NCBI GenBank assembly: GCA_018902845.1
Contig: JAHIPV010000007.1
Location: 6,989-70,988 of the forward strand
Length of the DNA: 64,000 nucleotides
Direction of reading: 5' to 3'
From: Patescibacteria group bacterium
Lineage (GTDB): Bacteria; Patescibacteriota; Microgenomatia; UBA12405
A program made the position numbers and the translations under genes. Numbering within the stretch: position 1 is the first letter of the stretch; each line of letters begins with the position of its first letter. The notes below the pieces were generated by a model. That model had not been told where the DNA came from. It saw nothing but the letters and a program-made list of their open reading frames with translations, and made no database searches. Shown one piece after another: positions 26,419 to 35,202 of this stretch.

Positions 26419-27012
26419 TTAACCTATTGATCTGGCGATGCCGTGTTCTGACGAGAACATGTATTGCTGGCCACCTTTTTTGACATTGCCCCAAAATTTT
26501 CCGCGATTTTTGGAGCGAGCGTTAAACATTTCCAGCCAATTTTCTGCTTCTGAAATGTTTTTTCTAAAATTGGCTATAAAAACTTTTAATCTGCTAAGGA
26601 AATTTAACTGATATTCACTAGCTTGTGTAATTGGCAGTTCGGTGGCGACCTGAACACCTTTTTTGAGCTCTTTGGTGGCTTTGGCTAGATTTTGAATTTC
26701 AGCTCTTAATTGAGTTAATTCTTTTTTGAGTTGTTCCTGTTTTTGATTAAAAAGAGTTTGGCCTTCTTTTTGGAGATGACTGATCGATCCAAAAAATTCT
26801 TTTCCCCAAGATTGAAGATTTTCAGCTTTTTTGCCAATTTCTATGCTTTGGCCCAGGTTTAGGATACCTTTAAGTCCGATTGTATTGCTGGTTTTGGTTG
26901 TTTTTGTAATTTGATCTGTATTTTGTAATTCGGGGGTTGATTCGCTGGAAAAAAGCTCCTTTTTTGGGAATTTACTTTTGGGATCGTTTTTTTGCCTCTT
27001 GACAGTTGTCAT
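26419..27012 (-). CDS. hypothetical protein (coiled-coil)
   Basis: ORF only; no recognisable motif. Confidence 0.4.
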   Translation of the reverse strand: MTTVKRQKNDPKSKFPKKELFSSESTPELQNTDQITKTTKTSNTIGLKGILNLGQSIEIGKKAENLQSWGKEFFGSISHLQKEGQTLFNQKQEQLKKELTQLRAEIQNLAKATKELKKGVQVATELPITQASEYQLNFLSRLKVFIANFRKNISEAENWLEMFNARSKNRGKFWGNVKKGGQQYMFSSEHGIARSIG

Positions 27013-27045
27013 GTGGGAGATTATATCAAGTTTTGAGACAGAAGT

Positions 27046-27930
27046 CTAGATATTATGGGTTTGAAGAAATTCAATGGTTTTTTGTTGGGTGAGTATGTAT
27101 TCAATAAAGTCTTTTCTTTTTTCTCCTTCAGGTGTGGAGGCGATTGTTTTATCCAACTCTTTTTTGCTAATTTTGATATTGTGTTTTTGGGCTATTTTTT
27201 CTAAGGCTAAGTCTATCTTCCATTTCTTGATTAAGTCTTTTTTGATGTTTTGTTTATAATTTTCTATTGAGCTGTTGTTGTTTTCAAAATATTGTTTAAC
27301 GGTAAGACCAGCTTGGCTAATGTTGTTGACCAATTGTGAAAGCCGGTGTTCTGTTTCTATTTCCAGTAATATGTTGGGTAATTCTAGTTTTGATTTTTTA
27401 TCTAAGACATTGAATATTAACTGAGTGTGTTGTTGGGTACTTGTTTGGGGTTTTGTTGGTGTTTGTTTTTTTTCTTTGGATGATTGTGCTGATATTTGTT
27501 TGTTGATTTTCTTAATTTCGTCCTGGTAGTTGCCAAGAATAATTTCTGGTTTTTCACAGGAACGAAGTTCCAACTGCCAATTTTTGTTTTTAACTAATGG
27601 TGGATTTTTTAGTAAGATTTTTGGTTGTGTTATAGGTTTTAGATTATATTTTTTGATGGTTTTAAGGTATTCGTCTGGAACTGTGTTTTGGATTATTTGT
27701 TCATAAAGCTTTGAAAGATCGATTTTTTCTTCTATGAGGTGTAGCGGTGCCTTGCCTTTGCGAAAACCGTCAATATTTATATTGTTGGCCATATTGGTTA
27801 AAATTTTTTGATATTGTTTTTGTATAGTTTCTTTGTCAATGGTGATTGATATCTGAAAAGATTTGTCTTTTAATTTGCTAACGATAGTCTTGGCCGATGT
27901 TTGTTTGGTTGTTTTTTGTTTTGTATTCAT
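27046..27930 (-). CDS. tig: trigger factor, short form (N-terminal ribosome-binding domain + C-terminal domain, no PPIase domain)
   Basis: GFRKGKAP signature of trigger-factor N-domain; only 294 aa. Confidence 0.65.
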   Translation of the reverse strand: MNTKQKTTKQTSAKTIVSKLKDKSFQISITIDKETIQKQYQKILTNMANNINIDGFRKGKAPLHLIEEKIDLSKLYEQIIQNTVPDEYLKTIKKYNLKPITQPKILLKNPPLVKNKNWQLELRSCEKPEIILGNYQDEIKKINKQISAQSSKEKKQTPTKPQTSTQQHTQLIFNVLDKKSKLELPNILLEIETEHRLSQLVNNISQAGLTVKQYFENNNSSIENYKQNIKKDLIKKWKIDLALEKIAQKHNIKISKKELDKTIASTPEGEKRKDFIEYILTQQKTIEFLQTHNI

Positions 27931-28587
27931 AATTGGGTTTATGATAGCATGTGTATTAGGGAGATGAAATATATAAAGAATTATTTTTTGACTGTGAGTA
28001 AGTTGTTTTTTGTATGGATTTTTGTTTGTGTTTTGTTATTTGTTTTGTGCTTGGAGTTTATTAATCTAATTAAAATACGTGAGTTTGGCAAAATGATTGT
28101 AAGGGCAGAAAATGGTTTTATGCCGGTACTTAGTAAGCCATTGTCGAATGATGAAGGGACTGCTTCTTACTATGATGCTGCTATATTGGCGGGTGATGCC
28201 AGACCTTTAGTGATTAAGAAATATTTGGAAAGATATAAGTCACCGTTGGCACCATATTCTGATTTAATTTTTGAGCTGTCTCAGTCTTATAATTTTGATT
28301 ATCGTTGGATTATTGCCATTGCTCAGCAGGAATCTAATTTATGTAAGAAAATGCCACTGGAGTCTTATAATTGTTGGGGTTATGGTATACATGCCAATGG
28401 TGTTTTGAGGTTCGACGATTATGAATTGGCCTTAAGAAGTTTTGCTGAATACTTAAAAAGAGAATATTTCGATAAAGGCTATGATACGCCTGAGCTCATT
28501 ATGACCAAATATTGTCCGCATTCTGATGGGTCGTGGGCTTTTGGAATAAGACAATTCTTTACCGAAATGGAAAATGGGGAGTTTTAG
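27901..28587 (+). CDS. membrane-anchored cell-wall hydrolase (glucosaminidase/muramidase-like domain)
   Basis: N-terminal TM; WIIAIAQQESNL...CWGYG motif resembling glucosaminidase (FlgJ-like) domain; start likely at a downstream Met. Confidence 0.4.
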   Translation: MFGCFLFCIHNWVYDSMCIREMKYIKNYFLTVSKLFFVWIFVCVLLFVLCLEFINLIKIREFGKMIVRAENGFMPVLSKPLSNDEGTASYYDAAILAGDARPLVIKKYLERYKSPLAPYSDLIFELSQSYNFDYRWIIAIAQQESNLCKKMPLESYNCWGYGIHANGVLRFDDYELALRSFAEYLKREYFDKGYDTPELIMTKYCPHSDGSWAFGIRQFFTEMENGEF

Positions 28588-28678
28588 GGGAGATCAATTT
28601 GATTTGTATATAATAATTTGATATAGTATGTATTAGATCCCGGGGTGGCTCCTCTAAAAGCATGCTCTGGGATTTTTT

Positions 28679-29260
28679 TTGGTAAAATATAAAGGTATGG
28701 CAATGATAAACACGGCACAATTTAAAAAAGGTATGTATGTCATGTTTCATGATGAGCCTCATATGATTGTTGATATTGCCTTTGTTTCTCCCGGGAAAGG
28801 ATCGGCATTTTATCGTACAAAACTTAGGGCTCTTAATACGGGTAGAATGGTGGAATTTACTTTTAAGTCTGGTGAAAAAGTGGAGGAGGTGTATGTGGAA
28901 ACAAACGAAGGGAATTATTCTTATTTTGATGGTTCTAACTATGTTTTTATTGAACCAAGGACTTTTGAACAATATGAGGTTTCGGCTGAGGTAGTTGGTA
29001 AAGATAAAATTTATTTAAAGGAAGGGCTTTCATATAGGATTCAATTTTATAGAAATGTGTCTGTGGGTATTAAGTGTCCTAAAAGTATTAGTTGCGAAGT
29101 GACAGAGACCGAGATGGCAGTTAAAGGAAATACGGTCAACAATGCTTTAAAGCCGGCTTTGTTGGATACTGGAGCAAAGGTACAGGTTCCTTTGTTTGTA
29201 AAGAAAGGAGACGTGGTGACTATTAGTACGGAAACAGGAGAATATCTTTCCAGAAAGTAA
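28679..29260 (+). CDS. efp: elongation factor P
   Basis: KKGMYVMFHDEPHMIV...SPGKGSAFYRTKLRALNTG matches EF-P KOW and KPGKG loop. Confidence 0.85.
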   Translation: MVKYKGMAMINTAQFKKGMYVMFHDEPHMIVDIAFVSPGKGSAFYRTKLRALNTGRMVEFTFKSGEKVEEVYVETNEGNYSYFDGSNYVFIEPRTFEQYEVSAEVVGKDKIYLKEGLSYRIQFYRNVSVGIKCPKSISCEVTETEMAVKGNTVNNALKPALLDTGAKVQVPLFVKKGDVVTISTETGEYLSRK

Positions 29261-29333
29261 ACTTTTTGGAAAATTACCACGTAATAAATTGAGAAATTTA
29301 AACGTGGCTACGCAATGAGTAATGACAGATTTT

Positions 29334-29768
29334 TTACAAGCCGATGGTGGTGTCGATTTGTGGGGGCAGGAATTCTTTTTCTGATTTAATCAGTTTATCT
29401 ATGCTGTCGAATTCTTTTTGCCATTCTTCTGGAATTTCTTTTTGTTCATTTGGATCTTGAGTAGTTGTTGGAATTAGATTTTCTGTTGGTGTTGGGATTG
29501 GGAGGTTTTTTTTGTCCGGTGATTTTTGTTTAATTGTATTAATCAGAGATATAAACAGAAGGAGTGAAACTATGGCAAAAAATATTATTAAAATTGTTTT
29601 GAGATTTTGTTGAAGTTTATTTTTTGGAGTGAGTGAGTTTTGATTTGTATTTTGTTTAATTTTTTGTTTTTTTTCGGGTTTAGTGGGTGTAAGTGGATTA
29701 TTTTGAAGACTGTCTATGTTTTGACTATCGGTTGTTGAATTGTCTGTTGTTGGTAATTGCTGATTCAT
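29334..29768 (-). CDS. hypothetical membrane protein, low complexity
   Basis: ORF only; single TM. Confidence 0.3.
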   Translation of the reverse strand: MNQQLPTTDNSTTDSQNIDSLQNNPLTPTKPEKKQKIKQNTNQNSLTPKNKLQQNLKTILIIFFAIVSLLLFISLINTIKQKSPDKKNLPIPTPTENLIPTTTQDPNEQKEIPEEWQKEFDSIDKLIKSEKEFLPPQIDTTIGL

Positions 29769-30604
29769 TGTGTTTGGTAGAATTTTGTAATAATTGATTT
29801 TAGATTACTGAATATTTCCAAGGAATATTGGTTTGTTTTGCTTAGTTCTTTTTTGGATTGTGGATAAAAGTTATTAAATTTATTACCATATTGTTTTTGT
29901 TCGGTTTTTTTTAAAGCTGTGTTGAGATTGTCACGGGCTATGTCCATTTTAATAAAAACATCTGATGTCCAATTCTGTCCTTCTGTTTCAATTTGATCTG
30001 AGTTTTGTATTTTTGTGGCAAGATTTTTTAGTTCGTTTAAAATTTGTTCGTAGTTGTTGCATTGATTTTGGACAATTGATGTATAAATTTCTTTTTGAAT
30101 GCTATTGTATTTGGATTGAAAATTTTGGCCATTTTGAGAAAGGTCATCCAAATTACTTAATGAGTCAACAATAATGTTTTGTTCTTTTAACCACGAAATC
30201 CATTTTTCTAATTCAATTTGATTTTTTTTGGTATTTGTAGGATTGTTGTCAGAATATTCTGATAATTTGGTTTTTAGGGCGAGAATATATTTTTGTAATA
30301 ATGTGTTTCTGGAGATGATGGCTTTTTTGGTCCACTCCATTTTTTCCTTTTCGGTGGTAATTGTCCCGTATTTAGTGTGAGTTTCTTTTTTTTCAGTGTA
30401 TTTTAAATAGGCTTGGCTGTATTCTTGTTGTTGGTTTAAATAATCTTTTTTGGCTTGTTGGTAAGGTGAAAGGGTGGGTGCGGGAGTTGGCGGTATCTCA
30501 GTTGGGGTTGGCAGGGAAATTGTGGCGGATTCGGTTGTTGGCGGGATAGCTAGAATGGGTTTTGAAATTAGAAGTAAGAAGCTTAGAAGAATAAGAGTAA
30601 GCAT
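29765..30604 (-). CDS. hypothetical secreted protein
   Basis: Signal-peptide-like N-terminus; 4-nt overlap with downstream ORF. Confidence 0.35.
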   Translation of the reverse strand: MLTLILLSFLLLISKPILAIPPTTESATISLPTPTEIPPTPAPTLSPYQQAKKDYLNQQQEYSQAYLKYTEKKETHTKYGTITTEKEKMEWTKKAIISRNTLLQKYILALKTKLSEYSDNNPTNTKKNQIELEKWISWLKEQNIIVDSLSNLDDLSQNGQNFQSKYNSIQKEIYTSIVQNQCNNYEQILNELKNLATKIQNSDQIETEGQNWTSDVFIKMDIARDNLNTALKKTEQKQYGNKFNNFYPQSKKELSKTNQYSLEIFSNLKSIITKFYQTQ

Positions 30605-30624
30605 AGTTTAGTGTAGCAGAAAAG

Positions 30625-30706
30625 TGCCGCAGAGAGGAGTCGAACCTCCACGCCCAAGGACACACGGTTCTAAGCCGTGCCTGTCTACCAATTCCAGCAC
30701 TGCGGC
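30625..30706 (-). tRNA. tRNA-Leu (anticodon TAG), long variable arm
   Basis: Reverse complement gccgcagtgctggaattggtagacaggcacggctTAGaaccgtgtgtccttgggcgtggaggttcgactcctctctgcggca. Confidence 0.75.
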
Positions 30707-30772
30707 GGATTAGCATATTTTAACCTTTTTTGATTAAAATTGGTAAAATATCGCATTGGTGATGATATTTTT

Positions 30773-30846
30773 GTCCTCATAGCTCAGTCGGATAGAGCGC
30801 TTGCCTTCTAAGCAAGAGGTCGGAGGTTCGAATCCTCCTGGGGATA
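30773..30846 (+). tRNA. tRNA-Arg (anticodon TCT)
   Basis: gtcctcatagctcagtcggatagagcgcttgcctTCTaagcaagaggtcggaggttcgaatcctcctggggata; acceptor stem with two G-U pairs. Confidence 0.7.
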
Positions 30847-30855
30847 CTTATTCAT

Positions 30856-30927
30856 GCGCCCATAGCTCAATGGATAGAGCATTGGTCTTCGGAACCAAGG
30901 ATGAAGGTTCAACTCCTTCTGGGCGTA
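30856..30927 (+). tRNA. tRNA-Arg (anticodon TCG)
   Basis: gcgcccatagctcaatggatagagcattggtctTCGgaaccaaggatgaaggttcaactccttctgggcgta. Confidence 0.75.
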
Positions 30928-30930
30928 CAA

Positions 30931-30992
30931 AAAGGTTCGCCAACTGGCGAATCAGTTGGTAGATCCGCCAGTTGGCGGACTCTTAAGCGATT
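30931..30992 (+). repeat. pseudo-tRNA-Lys 5' fragment (D-arm-like + hairpin + anticodon loop), broken off exactly at the GIY-YIG start codon
   Basis: ttcgccaactggcgaatcagttggtagatccgccagttggcggactcttaagcgat has the same unit as the two copies at 31401-31505. Confidence 0.7.
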
Positions 30993-31250
30993 ATGTATGT
31001 ATATGTAATAAAAAACAAAAAAACAGATAAAATATATATTGGCCAAACAAACAATTTAAAAAATAGACTTAAAAGACACAACGGGCATTTAAAAAACAAA
31101 GTAACAAGCTATACTTCGAAAAATAAAGGAGAATGGCAATTAGTATACAAAGAAGAATATGATACTAGAAAAAAAGCTATAAAAAGTGAGAAACAATTAA
31201 AATCTTACCAAGGCAGACAATATATAAAAAGAACAATCATGGGCCGTTAG
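30993..31250 (+). CDS. small GIY-YIG nuclease-domain protein (COG2827-like)
   Basis: YVYVIKNKKTDKIYIGQTNNLKNRLKRHN is a canonical GIY-X10-YIG...R..H motif; 85 aa; stop codon overlaps 5' end of tRNA-Lys. Confidence 0.7.
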   Translation: MYVYVIKNKKTDKIYIGQTNNLKNRLKRHNGHLKNKVTSYTSKNKGEWQLVYKEEYDTRKKAIKSEKQLKSYQGRQYIKRTIMGR

Positions 31251-31316
31251 CTCAGCTGGTAGAGCAATCGCCTCTTAAGCGATCGGTCAGAGGTTCGAAT
31301 CCTCTACGGCCCACCA
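31241..31316 (+). tRNA. tRNA-Lys (anticodon CTT), CCA encoded
   Basis: gggccgttagctcagctggtagagcaatcgcctCTTaagcgatcggtcagaggttcgaatcctctacggcccacca. Confidence 0.85.
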
Positions 31317-31505
31317 CTCAGTTGGTAGATCCGCCAGCTGGCGGACTCTTAAGCGATCGGTCAGAGGTTTCCGCCGGTAGGCGGACAGGCTACCTCTACG
31401 TTCGCCAACTGGCGAATCAGTTGGTAGATCCGCCAGCTGGCGGACTCTTAAGCGATCGGTCAGAGGTTTCCGCCGGTAGGCGGACAGGCTACCTCTACGG
31501 TCCAC
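31317..31505 (+). repeat. two tandem pseudo-tRNA-Lys units in which anticodon-stem 5' side and T-loop are replaced by TCCGCC-N4-GGCGGA hairpins
   Basis: Unit (ttcgccaactggcgaat)cagttggtagatccgccagctggcggactcttaagcgatcggtcagaggtttccgccggtaggcggacaggctacctctacg x2; compare the tRNA-Lys sequence. Confidence 0.75.
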
Positions 31506-31542
31506 TTAAAAAAAATTGTTTCACAAATTTTAAAATCTTAAA

Positions 31543-33048
31543 TCACAAATTCAAGTTTCTGAGTTTTTTTAAGAAGTTTAGGATTTTTTGTTTTATATTG
31601 GTTTTGGGGCGGAAGATAAGTGAGTTTTTTGTGATGGGAGTGAGTTGAATTGGATCAATGTTTTTCCAGCTGATGAAAGTGTTTGACTGAGGGATTTCTG
31701 ATGGAATTATTTGAAATGTAAATTTGAATTCGTGAGTTTGACCTGGTTCGATTATTTCATGGTTAGTACAAATAGGGCCCAATTCTACATTTGCTGTACT
31801 TTGAGGAGAAAGACAAAACGATGTTTCATTTTCTCCCCAAATTGATTGACCGGTATTTTTTAGTTTAATTTTTCCCTGGTATTTTTTTTGAGGAAAAATG
31901 ATAAAAGGTAGCTTTTTTTTAACCAATTCAGATTCAGTGATTTGTTGTGGGTTGTTTTGTTGTTTTGGTATATCTATTATTTTTTGGTATTGAGGATACA
32001 GGTTTTCTTGTTTGTCTACCCAAGAAAAATGGTCGAAAGGCGAATAGGGATAATTAAATATAAATGGAGTGACTGCTTGGATGCGGATATCCTGTTGCCA
32101 GAGTAGTATGGCGGATTTTAAAAAATCTGTGGCTGTGTTTAGGGTATAAAATTGATTGTTGTTTGATTCCCCTTCTCTGTGTGGCCAACCCGTTTCGGTG
32201 ATAAAGATTGGAAAGTTTTTATTAATTCCGAGAGATTTTAAGAAGTCTAATTCCCATTGATAGCCGAGAATACTAAATTTACCAATATCGGTTGGTTTGC
32301 CGATAAAACCTGGATTAGGGTATGAGTGAGAGGAAATAGCATCAATGTTATTGAAATAATCAGATTTATATTCAATTATTTGACGATAAAATGTGTCTGC
32401 AGACATAAACTGTGGGTTTTTATCAGGGGCAGCTAGGTCTAGTCCCGCACTTAAGATGTAAAAATTTGGATTAAGTTTTTTGAGTTTTTGGGAGGCATAA
32501 ACAGCGATATCGGTGTAGTGTCTTGGGTTGATTTTTCCACCCCATTCTTTTGATTGATTTGGCTCATTAAAAAGGATAATGTGTTGAGTTTTGGTGGGCC
32601 AGTTAAGCGAATTGAGAAAGTTGGCTAGTTTGTCTATATCTTGATAAACGGGGCTTTGCCAAATAGCATTTTGTTGGGTAGTTGCCAGTCTAATAATTGG
32701 AATAATATGATACTTTCGGCAATTATTAAAGAAATTTTGCCAAGCATTGTGATTGAGATTGTTAAGAGGAATTACAATAGTGGTCCAACCCCAGTCTGCG
32801 TTTGATGAATTTATAATATCTTTGGTTTTATGGATATCTGAGTCTTGTGTTAAATGAAGACCGAAAATGTTTCTCTCTTGGGAAAAAACAGGTTGGTTGT
32901 TTAATAACAAATAAATGATACTAAATAATAATAAAAGGAAGATTTTTGGCTTTTTCACTAGTAAAATATAACAGATGAAAAAAGAAGAAATTATAAAAAT
33001 GCGGATAAAGCGAGTTGAAAAGGAAATTCGTGACACACCATACGACAA
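31543..33048 (-). CDS. secreted glycoside hydrolase, clan GH-A (GH5-like)
   Basis: Signal peptide; IILFNEPN (acid/base NEP motif) and FITETGW (nucleophile) spaced as in GH5-type TIM-barrel hydrolases. Confidence 0.5.
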   Translation of the reverse strand: MSYGVSRISFSTRFIRIFIISSFFICYILLVKKPKIFLLLLFSIIYLLLNNQPVFSQERNIFGLHLTQDSDIHKTKDIINSSNADWGWTTIVIPLNNLNHNAWQNFFNNCRKYHIIPIIRLATTQQNAIWQSPVYQDIDKLANFLNSLNWPTKTQHIILFNEPNQSKEWGGKINPRHYTDIAVYASQKLKKLNPNFYILSAGLDLAAPDKNPQFMSADTFYRQIIEYKSDYFNNIDAISSHSYPNPGFIGKPTDIGKFSILGYQWELDFLKSLGINKNFPIFITETGWPHREGESNNNQFYTLNTATDFLKSAILLWQQDIRIQAVTPFIFNYPYSPFDHFSWVDKQENLYPQYQKIIDIPKQQNNPQQITESELVKKKLPFIIFPQKKYQGKIKLKNTGQSIWGENETSFCLSPQSTANVELGPICTNHEIIEPGQTHEFKFTFQIIPSEIPQSNTFISWKNIDPIQLTPITKNSLIFRPKTNIKQKILNFLKKLRNLNL

Positions 33049-34114
33049 AGCATCGGAGCATCATCATGGCAAATTGAAAGCTAAATTATCTAAGTTAAAG
33101 GAAGAATTGAGTGGGGTTTTTTCGGGTGGTGGTGGGGGTGGTGGTGGATATGCGATAAAACATTCCGGAGATGCCACCATAGTGTTAGTAGGGCCGCCTA
33201 GTGTGGGCAAATCCACCTTGTTGAATCAGTTGACCAATGCTGAATCGAAGGTTGGTAATTATGATTTCACTACTCTTGGAGTTGTGCCTGGAATGATGAA
33301 ATACAAAGGGGTAAGAGTACAGATTTTAGATTTGCCTGGTTTACTAAAGGGGGCTTTTGAGAATAAGGGTTTCGGAAAGAGAGTACTTTCTGTTATTAGA
33401 GCCAGTGATTTGGTTGTTTTAATGACGGATGTAAAAAGACCGGAATGGATAGATAAAATGGAGAATGAAATTAGCAAGGCGGGAATTAGATTAAATGAAG
33501 AAAAACCAAAAATAGTAATAAGGAAAATGCCGAGGGGGGCAATCCAAGTGGTTGATTCTTGTAATGGGTTGGGGAAGGAAGTAATTATTAGCGTAGTTAA
33601 AGAAATGGGATATTCAAACGCAGTGGTGAGTTTTGATGAAAAGATCGAGGATGTTGAAAAATTAATTGATGCTTTGACAAAATCTCGAAAATATTTGCCA
33701 ATGGTCAAGGTTGTTAATAAGATAGATGATCTTAAAAATCTAAACCTGAAATTTAAAATTTCCTCCTTCGCTAAAGCTATGGAGGACAAGCAAAATTCAA
33801 AATTCAAAGATGTGGTTTGTGTATCAGCGGAGAAGGGGTTGGGGTTGGATGAGTTTAAAGAAAAAATTTGGGAAAAACTTGGTTTGGTGAGAATTTTTTT
33901 GAAAAAAGAGAGAAATAAAAGCGCTGATAAAAGTGATCCATTGATTATAAAAAAGGATAGAAGATTGGATGATGTGTTAAATAAAATTTCGGGTGAGATG
34001 AGGGGTGATATTAAAAGGGCTTATATTTGGGGAAAAAAGGCAAAATTCGCCGGACAAGGTGTTTCTTTAAGAATGGAGGTTTTTGATGAAATGGAAGTGT
34101 GGTTTGGAAGATAA
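32975..34114 (+). CDS. DRG-family GTPase with C-terminal TGS domain (archaeal/eukaryotic-type)
   Basis: N-terminal KASEHHHGKLKAKLSKLKEEL (DRG signature), G1 GPPSVGKST, G3 DLPG, G4 NKID, C-terminal TGS-like segment. Confidence 0.65.
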   Translation: MKKEEIIKMRIKRVEKEIRDTPYDKASEHHHGKLKAKLSKLKEELSGVFSGGGGGGGGYAIKHSGDATIVLVGPPSVGKSTLLNQLTNAESKVGNYDFTTLGVVPGMMKYKGVRVQILDLPGLLKGAFENKGFGKRVLSVIRASDLVVLMTDVKRPEWIDKMENEISKAGIRLNEEKPKIVIRKMPRGAIQVVDSCNGLGKEVIISVVKEMGYSNAVVSFDEKIEDVEKLIDALTKSRKYLPMVKVVNKIDDLKNLNLKFKISSFAKAMEDKQNSKFKDVVCVSAEKGLGLDEFKEKIWEKLGLVRIFLKKERNKSADKSDPLIIKKDRRLDDVLNKISGEMRGDIKRAYIWGKKAKFAGQGVSLRMEVFDEMEVWFGR

Positions 34115-34119
34115 AATTT

Positions 34120-35202
34120 CTATTTCTCCATTAAAGAGCGGATGAGGAGGCTTCTGTTTTTTAGAGTTTGGGAAGAGAGTTTGGGGTATTTTTGGTAATA
34201 TTTTTTGGCAAGAGTATTGGGGCGGGGAGAAAATCTAAAGGTGTGAATTTTTTTAAAACCGATTTGTTGGCATAGATCGTGGGTTTGTTGAAAATCTTTT
34301 TGGGTTTCGCCGGGGAATCCGACGATGATGTCAGTGCCGAGTTTTAAATTTTTAATTTTTAATTTTAAATTTTTAATTTTTTTTATAATATCGTTGCGGG
34401 TGTAGGGGCGGTTCATGAGTTTTAGGATTTTGTCGGAGCCGGATTGGATGGGGATGTGGAGAAAATTTTTAATTCTTAGTTTGTTGTTTTTAATTAAATT
34501 TATAAATTTGTCGTCAATACAATTAATTGGAATTGAACCAAAACTTATGAGAGGAACGGAAGTTCTTTTGAGTAAAGTTTCAACTAGGTTGGAAAGGCCC
34601 GGTTTGTAAAAATTTAGATTAACTCCGGTAATAATAATTTGGGTAAAACCGTTTTTTATAGCTTGATTAGTTTGCCTGACAGCTTGTTTAATTGGCAGAT
34701 GCCATAAATATGATCGACGATAAGGGACAATACAATAAGAACAAAAAGAAATACAGCCGGATTGGATCTTTAATAGATATTTTTTGTGTTTTGTTAAGGT
34801 AGTTTGAATTTTGGTGGTATAGGGACAAGTAAGATTTTTTAATATTTTTTCTTTTGTTTTGTTGTTGATAATATGGGGGACGAGGCACGCCTCGCCCTTA
34901 CGTTTTTTTATATTGACACAGCCGGTTGCTATTATTTGGCTTTTGGGGAATTGTTTTTTTAGCGATCTTATTTTTTGCAGTGATTCTTTTTCCCCTTTTT
35001 GAGTGATGGCGCAAGTATTGATAATAACGAGAGACGGGAAATCGGATGTAGGATGCAAGAAGTGTTTGAAGCCGTGATTGATAAGGATTTGTGAAAGTTG
35101 ATTTGTTTCGGCGGCGTTGACACGACAGCCAAAGTTGAAAGCTAAAAAAGTTGGGTTAGTCTTGATGGAATTTATTAACCTAAAAAAGTTACCTTGATTC
35201 AT
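34120..35202 (-). CDS. radical-SAM methylthiotransferase (MiaB/RimO family) with in-frame AT-repeat insertion
   Basis: N-terminal MTTase Cys (FNFGCRVNAAE), CISFCSYC radical SAM motif, C-terminal TRAM-like; aatttttaattt repeat (34320-34390) encodes IKNLKLKIKNLKL. Confidence 0.65.
   Translation of the reverse strand: MNQGNFFRLINSIKTNPTFLAFNFGCRVNAAETNQLSQILINHGFKHFLHPTSDFPSLVIINTCAITQKGEKESLQKIRSLKKQFPKSQIIATGCVNIKKRKGEACLVPHIINNKTKEKILKNLTCPYTTKIQTTLTKHKKYLLKIQSGCISFCSYCIVPYRRSYLWHLPIKQAVRQTNQAIKNGFTQIIITGVNLNFYKPGLSNLVETLLKRTSVPLISFGSIPINCIDDKFINLIKNNKLRIKNFLHIPIQSGSDKILKLMNRPYTRNDIIKKIKNLKLKIKNLKLGTDIIVGFPGETQKDFQQTHDLCQQIGFKKIHTFRFSPRPNTLAKKYYQKYPKLSSQTLKNRSLLIRSLMEK

Noticed and set aside
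31287-31648. ORFs 31287..31505 (-) and 31322..31648 (+) in the tRNA-Lys repeat array
   Set aside because: Translations of the tandem pseudo-tRNA/hairpin repeats (repetitive RRKPLTDRLRVRQLADLP peptides); artefacts.
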